A DNA stretch of 46,422 nt. Origin: Candidatus Omnitrophota bacterium (GTDB lineage: Bacteria; Omnitrophota; Omnitrophia; Omnitrophales; Danuiimicrobiaceae). Below the pieces are notes generated by a model. It saw only the letters and a list, made by a program, of their open reading frames with translations, ran no database searches and was not told the DNA's origin. Of the stretch, positions 1-8,222 are shown piece after piece (position 1 is the first letter of the stretch; each line of letters begins with the position of its first letter). Location of the stretch: NCBI GenBank assembly GCA_016206945.1, contig JACQQP010000172.1, positions 1 through 46,422 of the forward strand, read 5' to 3'. Made by a program: the position numbers and the translations under genes.

Positions 1-260
1 ACCGTAGCAAGACCCGCCTGACAGATCGGAGTGTGCGTCGGATTATCTTAAGGTGTGCCAAGCGCGCCGCCATTAAAAAGGGTGTTTCTCCTCATACGCT
101 CAGGCATAGTTTTGCAACTCATTTGTTGGATCGGGGAGCTGATTTGAGAAGTGTACAAGAATTGCTCGGGCATGCGCATCTGTCAACGACTCAGATTTAT
201 ACTCATGTATCAACGAAACGGCTCAGAGAAGCTTATGATCAAGCGCATCCTCGGGCTTGA
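1..260 (+). CDS. Tyrosine recombinase, XerC/XerD family (C-terminal fragment; 5' end lies outside the window)
   Basis: The frame is open from the window edge to TGA at 258-260. The translation [55 protein letters not shown] carries the RHxFATH, LLGH and catalytic-Tyr (IYTHV) motifs and the HPRA tail shared by XerC and XerD. I cannot tell C from D. Confidence 0.85.
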   Translation, partial: RSKTRLTDRSVRRIILRCAKRAAIKKGVSPHTLRHSFATHLLDRGADLRSVQELLGHAHLSTTQIYTHVSTKRLREAYDQAHPRA

Positions 261-270
261 GTATATTGTA

Positions 271-450
271 CGTCATTGCGAGGAGTCCCATATGGGACGA
301 CGCCGCTTGTCCGAGCGCCGGTCGGGCGCTTGGTCTTGCGGTGCCGTACGGTCGGTACGGCGAAGCAATCTCAGACCTGCCTGCCGGCAAGCCAGGGATT
401 GCTTCGCTTCGCCCCGTATCATAATTTACGGGGCTTCGCTCGCAATGACG
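271..450. repeat. GC-rich multi-hairpin palindromic element (candidate structured RNA or REP/MITE-like repeat)
   Basis: A perfect 12-bp closing inverted repeat pairs CGTCATTGCGAG (271-282) with CTCGCAATGACG (439-450). Inside are five hairpins: 285-298 (GTCCCATATGGGAC), 314-319/325-330, 344-349/355-360, 361-370/398-407 (10 bp) and 411-418/427-434. It is visibly more GC-rich than its flanks. Only spurious ORFs cross it. Confidence 0.6.
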
Positions 451-467
451 ATGAAAGGTTTTTAGAA

Positions 468-1787
468 ATGACTTGGATTTATAGCTTTGCATTTTTGATC
501 TTCGTCATTTTTTCGATCCCAAAATTTTTGATACGCTTAGGTCAGGCGACGGATCCCCGTCAACTGGTCCGCGAACGGTTCGGACTTTTACAAGGCGCGT
601 TGAAGAAAAAGATGTGGAACCAGAAAGTTCTTTGGCTTCATGCCGTGAGCGTGGGTGAAGTGATGGCAGCGCGCCAGTGGATTCAACTATTCCTTGCCGC
701 CTTCCCGGATTGGGTACTGGTTCTTTCGGTCACCACGCCCACAGGCCATGAAGTGGCTCAAAGCCTTGCTTCTGAAAGAGTCTTTGTTTTTTATGCGCCA
801 TTTGATTTTAAGTTCGTTGTGCGACGCGTTCTCAATGATATCCAACCCCAATTGATTCTTCTTATGGAAACAGAGATTTGGCCTAATTTGATTTCGGAAG
901 CACACTCGCGCAAAATTCCAATTGGAATCATCAACGGCCGAATTTCGCCGCGTTCCTTTCGGAGGTATCAGTTGGCTCGCTTCTGGATGGCTCCTGTTTT
1001 GGAAAAGCTTTCCTTTTGTTTGGTTCAATCGGAGCGTGACGGCGAATACTTTCTCAAATTGGGAATGCCCGACCTAAGAATTTTTTATACTGGAAACATG
1101 AAGTTTGATCAACTCGGCTTTACCAAGAAGGTTTCAGCGGAAATTATTCTGCAATCTGATGGTCAGACTCAAAGTCCTCAATTTTTTGTCGGAGGAAGTA
1201 CCCACTGGAATGAGGAAGAGATGCTATTGAGAGTCTTCGCTCGGTTGCGTGGGGATTTTCCCAATCTCCGACTCATTCTGGCCCCGCGGCATCCAGAAAA
1301 ACTTTCGAAAGTGATTCACGCAGTAAAACGCAGCGGCTTTGAATGTCGGTTTTTTTCACAAAATCATTCTGGCAATCCTTGGCAGGTGTTTTTGATCGAT
1401 CGAATGGGAGTTCTCGCCTCGCTCTACACGTATGCTCACGTGGTTTTCATCGGCGGAAGTTTTACGCGAAGAGGAGGGCAAAATCCGATTGAGGCCGCCC
1501 TTGCAAAAAAGCCGATCCTGTACGGGCCGAATGTATTCAATTTTGAAGAAGTGTACGGAAAGCTCGAGAGAAATGGCGCAGCGATTCAAGTAAATTCTGA
1601 GGAAGAATTGTTTCAGAAATCCAAAATGTTGTTGAGCGATCCGCGTATTGAGGAACAAATGGGAACTTTAGCGTGGACTACGGTTCAATCATTGAAAGGG
1701 GCTACCGTGCGGACACTGGATTACCTTGCAAGTTGGATTCATGGGCGGGAGCCTTCCGTTGCTTTGGTGAATAAGGTGATGGGATGA
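468..1787 (+). CDS. waaA: 3-deoxy-D-manno-octulosonic acid (Kdo) transferase, GT30
   Basis: This is the ORF-track frame 276-1787. I place the start at ATG 468 (MTWIYSFAFLIFVIF, a hydrophobic anchor), because codons 276-467 merely read through the palindromic element. The WLHAVSVGEV, METEIWPN and APRHPE motifs are typical of KdtA/WaaA. Confidence 0.9.
   Translation: MTWIYSFAFLIFVIFSIPKFLIRLGQATDPRQLVRERFGLLQGALKKKMWNQKVLWLHAVSVGEVMAARQWIQLFLAAFPDWVLVLSVTTPTGHEVAQSLASERVFVFYAPFDFKFVVRRVLNDIQPQLILLMETEIWPNLISEAHSRKIPIGIINGRISPRSFRRYQLARFWMAPVLEKLSFCLVQSERDGEYFLKLGMPDLRIFYTGNMKFDQLGFTKKVSAEIILQSDGQTQSPQFFVGGSTHWNEEEMLLRVFARLRGDFPNLRLILAPRHPEKLSKVIHAVKRSGFECRFFSQNHSGNPWQVFLIDRMGVLASLYTYAHVVFIGGSFTRRGGQNPIEAALAKKPILYGPNVFNFEEVYGKLERNGAAIQVNSEEELFQKSKMLLSDPRIEEQMGTLAWTTVQSLKGATVRTLDYLASWIHGREPSVALVNKVMG
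1773..1787 (+). promoter_or_regulatory. Extended SD + overlapping stop/start box AAGGTGATGGGATGA (native junction, no cassette)
   Basis: GGTGAT is complementary to the 16S anti-SD tail. ATG 1784-1786 starts lpxK and TGA 1785-1787 ends waaA. The same box recurs at 7143-7156, 7196-7209, 17428-17442, 19453-19467, 19581-19595, 31879-31895 (minus strand) and 43001-43016, and in degenerate form at 22845-22859, 22967-22981 and 27509-27522. Confidence 0.7.
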
Positions 1788-3076
1788 CCTTGCGGAGCTA
1801 TTTCCGGTTGCTTGCAGAAGATCGGCCTCATGTTGGCCCTTGGGCGCCGTTTTGGAAGCCGATTCTGAAGGTCGCGTCGTTTGTGTATTTCTTGGGCCTT
1901 CAAATTCACCGTTTGCTTTATCACACGGGCATTTTAAAACAACACACATTGAGCCGTCCTGTTATTAGCGTGGGCAATGTGACGTGGGGAGGAACGGGGA
2001 AAACGCCTATCGTCGAATACGTCGCCCGTTTTTACCTCAACCGTCGCAAGACGCCACTCATTTTGGCGCGCGGCTACGGGCAGGATGAAAGTAAATTGCT
2101 TGCTCGTCAATTGCCTGAAGCACAGTTTGGCATCGGTAAAGACCGCTTGCGAGCGGCCGAGCAGGTTTTGGCCCGGCGCCCCGCCGACGTAATCATTCTA
2201 GATGATGGTTTTCAACATTGGCCGATTAAGCGCGATTTGGACATTGCGGTCATCAATGTCTTGAATCCATTTGGAAATTTGTCCCTCGTCCCCCGTGGAA
2301 TTTTAAGGGAGCCTCTTAAGGGTTTAAGACGAGCAGCGATTGTTGTATTGACCGATGTCAACTTGACGCCACGAAAGGAGCTTGAAGCCTTAAAGGTTAG
2401 AATTCGCGACTTTTCTCCGAAGGTGGAATTTATAGAAGCTTATCGCGAAGCACTTTTCTTCTATCGCCCTGGTTCGCGGGAGCGGCTTGCGGTAAATCGG
2501 CTCGAAGGGGAGCGGGTCACCAGTTTTTCTGGGATCGGAACGCCGCGCTCTTTCCTGATGCTTTTGAATCTGTTGGGGATTAAAACCGTGCGAAATTTCG
2601 AATTCACCGATCACCATAGTTTTACGGAAAAAGAACTCAATGAAATTCTTAGGGTGAAGGAATTAAGTGAATCCAAAGAAGTCATCACGACGGAAAAGGA
2701 TTATTTACGTTGCGAAGAACCGGTCAGGAGAATTGTGAAACCTCTTGTATTGAAATCCCGTTTGCGCCTGACTACCGGAGAAGGACTTCTTCACCAATTT
2801 TTGGGGCACTTTGCAGGTTCGTCTTTATCTCAAGCTTACTCGAGCGGTGAGGGCGAATCTGGGAAACCCAGCTTCAATTCGGGAAGAAAGTTTCATCGAA
2901 GGAGGCGGGATTTTTCGAGCAGGGGAAGTGCCTCTCGTGAAAAAACCATCTTGCAAGATGTAGCCAGGCAAGATCCATTGAAAGAGACGGAAGTAAAAAA
3001 AGGGGTTAACGAAGCCGGTCGCGCAAAAAATGATATGCCGCCAGAAGCTTTGGGGCGGGAGACGCCAAATGTTTGA
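1784..3076 (+). CDS. lpxK: Tetraacyldisaccharide 4'-kinase with a ~85-aa low-complexity C-terminal tail
   Basis: The P-loop VGNVTWGGTGKTP and the ARGYG and ILDDGFQHW motifs identify LpxK. The core ends near residue 345. The tail is Ser/Arg/Gly/Lys/Glu-rich. Confidence 0.9.
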   Translation: MTLRSYFRLLAEDRPHVGPWAPFWKPILKVASFVYFLGLQIHRLLYHTGILKQHTLSRPVISVGNVTWGGTGKTPIVEYVARFYLNRRKTPLILARGYGQDESKLLARQLPEAQFGIGKDRLRAAEQVLARRPADVIILDDGFQHWPIKRDLDIAVINVLNPFGNLSLVPRGILREPLKGLRRAAIVVLTDVNLTPRKELEALKVRIRDFSPKVEFIEAYREALFFYRPGSRERLAVNRLEGERVTSFSGIGTPRSFLMLLNLLGIKTVRNFEFTDHHSFTEKELNEILRVKELSESKEVITTEKDYLRCEEPVRRIVKPLVLKSRLRLTTGEGLLHQFLGHFAGSSLSQAYSSGEGESGKPSFNSGRKFHRRRRDFSSRGSASREKTILQDVARQDPLKETEVKKGVNEAGRAKNDMPPEALGRETPNV

Positions 3077-5018
3077 TTGGCTTGGAGTTTGGCTGGTTCG
3101 AGGTTTGAGTCAAATGTTGCAGGCTATGCCGCTTGATACGGGTCTTTTTCTGGGTCGTGTCGTTGGCGTTTTCCTCGCAAAGACCCACCGTCGTCGTCAA
3201 CTTGCGTATGCGAACTTGAAGGCGGCTTTCGGAGGCCGTTATAGCGCGAGGGAACGTAAGGGAATTGTCCAAAGCGTTTTTCAGAATTTGGCGCAGAATG
3301 TTGTAGAAACGCTCCGCTTTCCGAAAATGAACAAACCGTATTTGGAACGTTACATCGAGGTAGAACATCGGGAACGTTACGAAGAGCTCATTCGGGGAAA
3401 CCATGGAACGGTTCTGATTACACCCCATTTCGGTAACTGGGAGCTTTCCCAAGTCCTTTCCGCGCTGGTTGGAAAGCCTCTGTATGTTTTGGCTCGCGAG
3501 CAGAAGCACAGCCGCTTGGACAATTTTTTAAATGAGCTGCGTTCGGTACATGGTTCTATTTCCATTCGAAGAGGGGGTGGGGTTCGTAATTTGATTCGCG
3601 AACTCCAAAAAGGCGGCACGGTGGGTGTGCTTGGAGACCTTTCAGGCGGGCGCTCAGGTACAGTCGTTCGATTCTTCGGTCGGAAAACCACAGCCCCTTC
3701 CGGAATTTTCCAAATTGCGAGAAAGACCCGTTCCGTGATCCTTCCGTGTTTTATGGTCCGATTGGAAGCAGGGCGGCACCGTGTTTTTGTGGAGCAGCCT
3801 CTCGCCATGGGCGATCCGATAAATAAAACGCTTCGTCTTCAGGAGGACATTCAAAATTATTATCATTTGCTTGAAAACTGGATTACGGATCATCCCGATC
3901 AGTGGTTTTGGGTTTATAAGCGCTGGAAACATTGTTTTACGAAGCGGATCTTAGTTCTTCGCGATGAACGTCGTGGGCACAGCAATCAATCAGAGGCGAT
4001 TGCCCGCGAATTTGAGCGGCTTCATCATACAGGCGGAAGGAGCTATGAATTTGAATTCCAATATGTGGATGTCCGATTCAAAAGCGATTGGTGCAGAAAG
4101 TTATTTTTTCTGTTCGCATTTTTGATTCGCCCTTTCGCTCAAGGAAATCTGAGCTTTCTCGATTTTTTCTTGAAGCCGGAATGTGCTCAGGCTTGTAGCG
4201 CGAGCCATGCGGACATTATTATTTCTGCGGGTTCAAGCCTTGCTCCATTGAATCTTCTGCTCAAAAAAGAAAACCTGGCCCAATCGATTGTGGTGATGAA
4301 GCCTTCCTTTCCTTATCTCTGGCATTTTTTCGATCTTTTAATCGTTCCGGCCCACGATGCGTTGCCCAAGCGCGCCCGTAACATCATTCGGACTTGGGTC
4401 ACGCCTTCTCGAGTAGATCAGGATTTACTTCAAGCTTCCGCTCGGGAATTGAGGAAGGTTGCGCATTTGAGCTCAAATGGTGCAAGACGAATCGGCGTTT
4501 TTATCGGTGGGGATACAAAATCATACCGTTTTCATCCCGGCGATTTTCGCAAATGGCTGATCACATTGAAAAAGTGCGCGGAAGAATCCAATTTTGAACT
4601 GTTAATCACCACCTCAAGAAGGACCGATCCTGAAATTAGTTCGGTGGTCAAGGAGGAGCTTGGGCAACATCCGTTGACGAAACTTTTGGTGATTGCCAAT
4701 GAGTTCAACTTACAGAACGTCACCTATGGCATGCTCGCTCTCACGGACATCGTGCTCGTCACAGAAGATAGCATTTCCATGATTTCTGATGCGGTGAGCG
4801 CTGGGAAAACTGTTTTGGTGATCGAGGTAGGCAATGGAAAGCTACCCAAAAAACACAGCCGATTTCGCGAATCGCTGGAGTCGAATGCTTTAGTCAACCG
4901 GGCGGATGCCTCGAGCTTTCGAGCCAAATTATCCTCTGTGAGTACTGGGGCGAATGGGAGTGTTAGGGAGCGTCAATCCCAACTCATACAAGAGGCGCTT
5001 CGGAAGTTGATATGTTGA
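3069..5018 (+). CDS. Fusion of a lipid A late acyltransferase (LpxL/HtrB family) with an ELM1/GtrOC1-like (DUF1022) domain
   Basis: The N-terminal half has the ITPHFGNWE catalytic motif of the Lip_A_acyltrans family. The C-terminal half has FDLLIVPAHD, VFIGGDTKSY, ITTSRRT and VTEDSISMISDA, as I recall for the ELM1/GtrOC1 family. I chose the start at ATG 3069 (ATGTTTGA overlaps the lpxK stop). The track start 3030 is an alternative. Confidence 0.8.
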   Translation: MFDWLGVWLVRGLSQMLQAMPLDTGLFLGRVVGVFLAKTHRRRQLAYANLKAAFGGRYSARERKGIVQSVFQNLAQNVVETLRFPKMNKPYLERYIEVEHRERYEELIRGNHGTVLITPHFGNWELSQVLSALVGKPLYVLAREQKHSRLDNFLNELRSVHGSISIRRGGGVRNLIRELQKGGTVGVLGDLSGGRSGTVVRFFGRKTTAPSGIFQIARKTRSVILPCFMVRLEAGRHRVFVEQPLAMGDPINKTLRLQEDIQNYYHLLENWITDHPDQWFWVYKRWKHCFTKRILVLRDERRGHSNQSEAIAREFERLHHTGGRSYEFEFQYVDVRFKSDWCRKLFFLFAFLIRPFAQGNLSFLDFFLKPECAQACSASHADIIISAGSSLAPLNLLLKKENLAQSIVVMKPSFPYLWHFFDLLIVPAHDALPKRARNIIRTWVTPSRVDQDLLQASARELRKVAHLSSNGARRIGVFIGGDTKSYRFHPGDFRKWLITLKKCAEESNFELLITTSRRTDPEISSVVKEELGQHPLTKLLVIANEFNLQNVTYGMLALTDIVLVTEDSISMISDAVSAGKTVLVIEVGNGKLPKKHSRFRESLESNALVNRADASSFRAKLSSVSTGANGSVRERQSQLIQEALRKLIC

Positions 5019-7156
5019 GAATCGCGCAGATTTTACCTGCACTCAATGTGGGTGGAGTTGAGACGGGCACCGTTGATTTAGCCAAGGCGCTGAAGAAACG
5101 GGGTGACGAGCCTTTTGTGATCTCAAATGGGGGACCTTTGGTGGATGAGCTTGTTAAAGCGGGGATTTCTCATTTGACACTCCCCGTACATCGTAAGTCC
5201 CTTACCTCTCTTTCCTTAGTACGCCAAATTCAGGCATTTATTGAACGGGAGCGTATTGATATCCTTCATGCGAGGAGTCGCATTCCCGCTTGGCTCGCCT
5301 ATCTCGCCGTGAGGCGAACCAATTGTGACTTCGTGACGACCTGTCACGGTTATTACTCTAAACATTTTTTCAGCCGTGTCATGGGATGGGGAAAAAAGGT
5401 GATCGTGATTTCTCATTCCATTGGACGGCGGATGATTGACGATTTTGGCGTGCCTCCCGAACGCATTCGATTAATTCATCGAGGTGTCGATCTCGCCCAT
5501 TACCCTTTTTCGGCCGACAAATACAAGAAGCCGAAATCAGGACCGTTTCGTATTATTAATGTTGGGCGAATCACACCCATTAAAGGTCATGGAGATTTTA
5601 TCCGGGCGGTTCATCTTCTTTCAAAACGAATTCACAATTTAGAAGTTTCAATCGTGGGCACGCCTGATGACGATAAGGTTTCCTATTTCCGCAATTTAAA
5701 ACTGATGGTCGAAAGGCTGGGCTTGGGATCGCAGGTGAAGTTTTTAGGAACTCGCCGTGACGTGCCCCAACTCCTGCAATCAGCAGACCTCCTGGTTCTT
5801 CCTTCCAGAATTCCCGAGGCCTTCGGGCGTGTTTTGATTGAGGCGGGTGCAGTAGGAACGGTGGCGATCGCCTCTCGAATCGGGGGGATTTTGGATGTCA
5901 TTGATGAAGGTGAAAACGGTCTTTTGTTTTCCCCAGAGAATTTTGAGGAGATGGCGACTTTGATGGAGAAGATTTTGTTGGACCGCTTGCTCGCGAGAAA
6001 ATTATCTTCCAATCTTCGCAGGAAAGTAGAGCATGAATTTTCGCTCGATCAAATGGTTGAGAAAACGAGTGACGTTTATCGGGAAGTGAAACAGCAAAAA
6101 CGAATTTTGATTACGAAGCTGGGCGCTGTGGGTGATTTGGTACTTGCGACTCCGAGTTTTAGAATGGTGAGAAAACGTTTTCCAAACGCACATATTTCGC
6201 TTTTGGTGGATCCAAAATTGATTCCCTTGGTCCAACGTTGTCCCTATTTTGATGAGATCATTGCCTACAATCGTTCCCACTACTCAGATCAGTGGCAGCG
6301 TTTGTTTAAGTTGAGTAAACGGTTGAGACGATGGGGTTTTGATCTATCGATCGACTTCCAGAACAATTGGAGAACCCATGCGCTTGCGTTCTTAGCAGGC
6401 GTTCCAAAGCGGTATGGTTATAAAAGGGGAATCGCTGGTTTCCTGCTCACTCACCCCGTCGTCTTTTGGGACAGAAGTCTCAGTCCTGTGGAGCATCAAT
6501 TTCAAGTGCTCAAAAGGGCTGGAGTCATCCAATTTGAGAATGCGATCGAACTTTGGCCGGATTCAGAAGCGGATGCTCACATATCAAAACAACTGAGAGA
6601 AGCAAAAAATGGTGCGGCCCCTATTCGCATCGGATTGGTTTTAGGGGCTAGTCCACGCTGGCCAACGAAACAGTGGCCTGTGGAACGTTTTGTGGAACTG
6701 TCCAAGCGCTTAAGGGACGAATTGGATTGTCAGATTGTCTTGATCGGGCGAGAAGAAGACGAGAGTCTGGCACGTGTGTTTAAGCGAGATCATCTAAAGG
6801 GCATTCTCAACTTGACGGGAAAAACGAGTCTGCCGCAATTGGTCAGCCTCGTTAAACAACTTGATCTTTTGGTAACCGGGGACACGGCGCCCCTGCATAT
6901 GGCAAGTGCGTTCGATACAAAAACGGTCGCTTTATTTGGTCCCACAGAACCCAAACGTCATATGCCGCCGGGAGAGGGCCATATCGCTCTTGTGAAACGG
7001 ATTCCCTGTCAGCCTTGCTACAGCGGAACGTGCCGAAATTCGATAAAGCTCCTTTGCCTCAAGGAAATTAGTGTGGACGAAGTTTTTGAAACGATTAAAC
7101 AACAACTTCAGTTGGCAGGGGCTCGGCCTCTCGGCTCAAGCCAGGTGATGGGATAA
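5012..7156 (+). CDS. Fusion of a GT4 glycosyltransferase (N-terminal) with a GT9 heptosyltransferase-family domain (C-terminal)
   Basis: Residues 1-360 look like group-1 GT (GGVETGTVDLAKAL, EAFGRVLIEAGAVGT, ENGLLF). From residue ~365 the protein shows GT9 signatures: KRILITKLGAVGDLVLATPSF, TGDTAPLHMASA and LFGPT. Confidence 0.85.
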   Translation: MLRIAQILPALNVGGVETGTVDLAKALKKRGDEPFVISNGGPLVDELVKAGISHLTLPVHRKSLTSLSLVRQIQAFIERERIDILHARSRIPAWLAYLAVRRTNCDFVTTCHGYYSKHFFSRVMGWGKKVIVISHSIGRRMIDDFGVPPERIRLIHRGVDLAHYPFSADKYKKPKSGPFRIINVGRITPIKGHGDFIRAVHLLSKRIHNLEVSIVGTPDDDKVSYFRNLKLMVERLGLGSQVKFLGTRRDVPQLLQSADLLVLPSRIPEAFGRVLIEAGAVGTVAIASRIGGILDVIDEGENGLLFSPENFEEMATLMEKILLDRLLARKLSSNLRRKVEHEFSLDQMVEKTSDVYREVKQQKRILITKLGAVGDLVLATPSFRMVRKRFPNAHISLLVDPKLIPLVQRCPYFDEIIAYNRSHYSDQWQRLFKLSKRLRRWGFDLSIDFQNNWRTHALAFLAGVPKRYGYKRGIAGFLLTHPVVFWDRSLSPVEHQFQVLKRAGVIQFENAIELWPDSEADAHISKQLREAKNGAAPIRIGLVLGASPRWPTKQWPVERFVELSKRLRDELDCQIVLIGREEDESLARVFKRDHLKGILNLTGKTSLPQLVSLVKQLDLLVTGDTAPLHMASAFDTKTVALFGPTEPKRHMPPGEGHIALVKRIPCQPCYSGTCRNSIKLLCLKEISVDEVFETIKQQLQLAGARPLGSSQVMG

Positions 7157-7209
7157 AAGAGCGCTTTGCTTTGATATTAAGCGCTCTTTTAAACGAGGTG
7201 GTGGGATGA
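7153..7209 (+). repeat. Short SD-box cassette G (hairpin flanked by a direct duplication of the SD box)
   Basis: AGGTGATGGGAT (7143-7154, containing the upstream stop TAA 7154-7156) and AGGTGGTGGGAT (7196-7207, followed by ATG 7206) flank a 10-bp hairpin, AAAAGAGCGC 7155-7164 / GCGCTCTTTT 7181-7190. The right part resembles 19566-19595. Confidence 0.5.
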
Positions 7210-8222
7210 ATATTGCGGTCTTTACGAAGAATTGGTTGGGGGATGTCATTTTTGAAACGCCTGCCATTCGCGCCATTAAGGAAAATTTTCCTGAATCCCA
7301 TTTGATCGCCGTTACGCCTCGACGCTGTGTAGAACTTTTGGAGTTCAATCCTTACGTTGATGAAATCATTGCTTTTGATGAAAAGGAAGATGATAGGAGT
7401 ATGGTTTCGAAATTGAGACTCATTCTTACCTTAAGAAAGCGGAACATTGACAGGGCTTACTTATTTCACCGTTCTTCGACGCGTGCACGGATTGCCTGGC
7501 TGGGTGGAGCGCGTGAGCGGATTGGGTACCAGGTGAAAGGAGGGTCTTTTTTGACGCGCGCCATTCCCGAACAGGAAGGGCCTGTTCATGACGTTCAGTA
7601 TTTTATGGATTTGGTTCGGAACTCCGGCCTTAAAGTAAATGGAGAATATGCTTATGAATTTTATTTTGGGGAAGAAGACGAAGCGCGCGCCAGGTCTTTG
7701 CTTGCGGAATACGGACTTGATTCGGAACGGCTTGTGGCCATCAATCCAGGGGCCAACTGGCCGCCGAAGCGTTGGCCTGCTGAATACTTCCGCGAATTGG
7801 CCGATCGTCTCATCACGCGATACGACGTCCAGATTGTACTTACGGGCAGTGACGAAGATCAGCCCACAATTGAAAGTATTTTAAACTCCCATGATCGTGT
7901 GAACTTAGTTTCAGTCTGTGGAAAAACAACTATACGCCAGCTGGGTGCTTTGTTTTCCATCTGCCGCCTGGTCATTTCGAACGACACAGGTCCGCTTCAT
8001 ATTGCGGCAGGAGTCGGAGCGAACGTTATCGGTCTCTTTGGACCGACCCAACCATTGGAAACAGCTCCTTTGGGCCGCGGACGAAACATCATCATTCATT
8101 ATGCGCCTGAAGGGGTCCCATTGCCGTGGATCGGAAAGGATTTTCCTTCTCCTTGGATGGAACTGATTTCAGTGGAGGACGTATTCAAAGCGATCGAGCA
8201 GGAAAAATTGCTCTCATCATGA
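7206..8222 (+). CDS. GT9 glycosyltransferase (LPS heptosyltransferase family)
   Basis: The motifs NWLGDVIFETPAIRAIK, INPGANWPPKRWP, SNDTGPLHIAAGVG and LFGPT are the canonical GT9 pattern. The ATG follows the GGTGGTGGG box. Confidence 0.85.
   Translation: MNIAVFTKNWLGDVIFETPAIRAIKENFPESHLIAVTPRRCVELLEFNPYVDEIIAFDEKEDDRSMVSKLRLILTLRKRNIDRAYLFHRSSTRARIAWLGGARERIGYQVKGGSFLTRAIPEQEGPVHDVQYFMDLVRNSGLKVNGEYAYEFYFGEEDEARARSLLAEYGLDSERLVAINPGANWPPKRWPAEYFRELADRLITRYDVQIVLTGSDEDQPTIESILNSHDRVNLVSVCGKTTIRQLGALFSICRLVISNDTGPLHIAAGVGANVIGLFGPTQPLETAPLGRGRNIIIHYAPEGVPLPWIGKDFPSPWMELISVEDVFKAIEQEKLLSS

Noticed and set aside
261-270. A possible dif-like Xer recombination site next to the recombinase gene.
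   Set aside because: Only a short AT-rich stretch (GTATATTGTA) is present. There is no 28-bp dif-like pattern with two arms around a 6-bp spacer.
276-467. A 64-codon N-terminal extension of WaaA, as drawn in the ORF track (start 276).
   Set aside because: These codons read straight through the GC-rich palindromic element and give a low-complexity Arg/Pro/Gly-rich peptide. The conserved WaaA sequence, with its hydrophobic anchor, begins at ATG 468.
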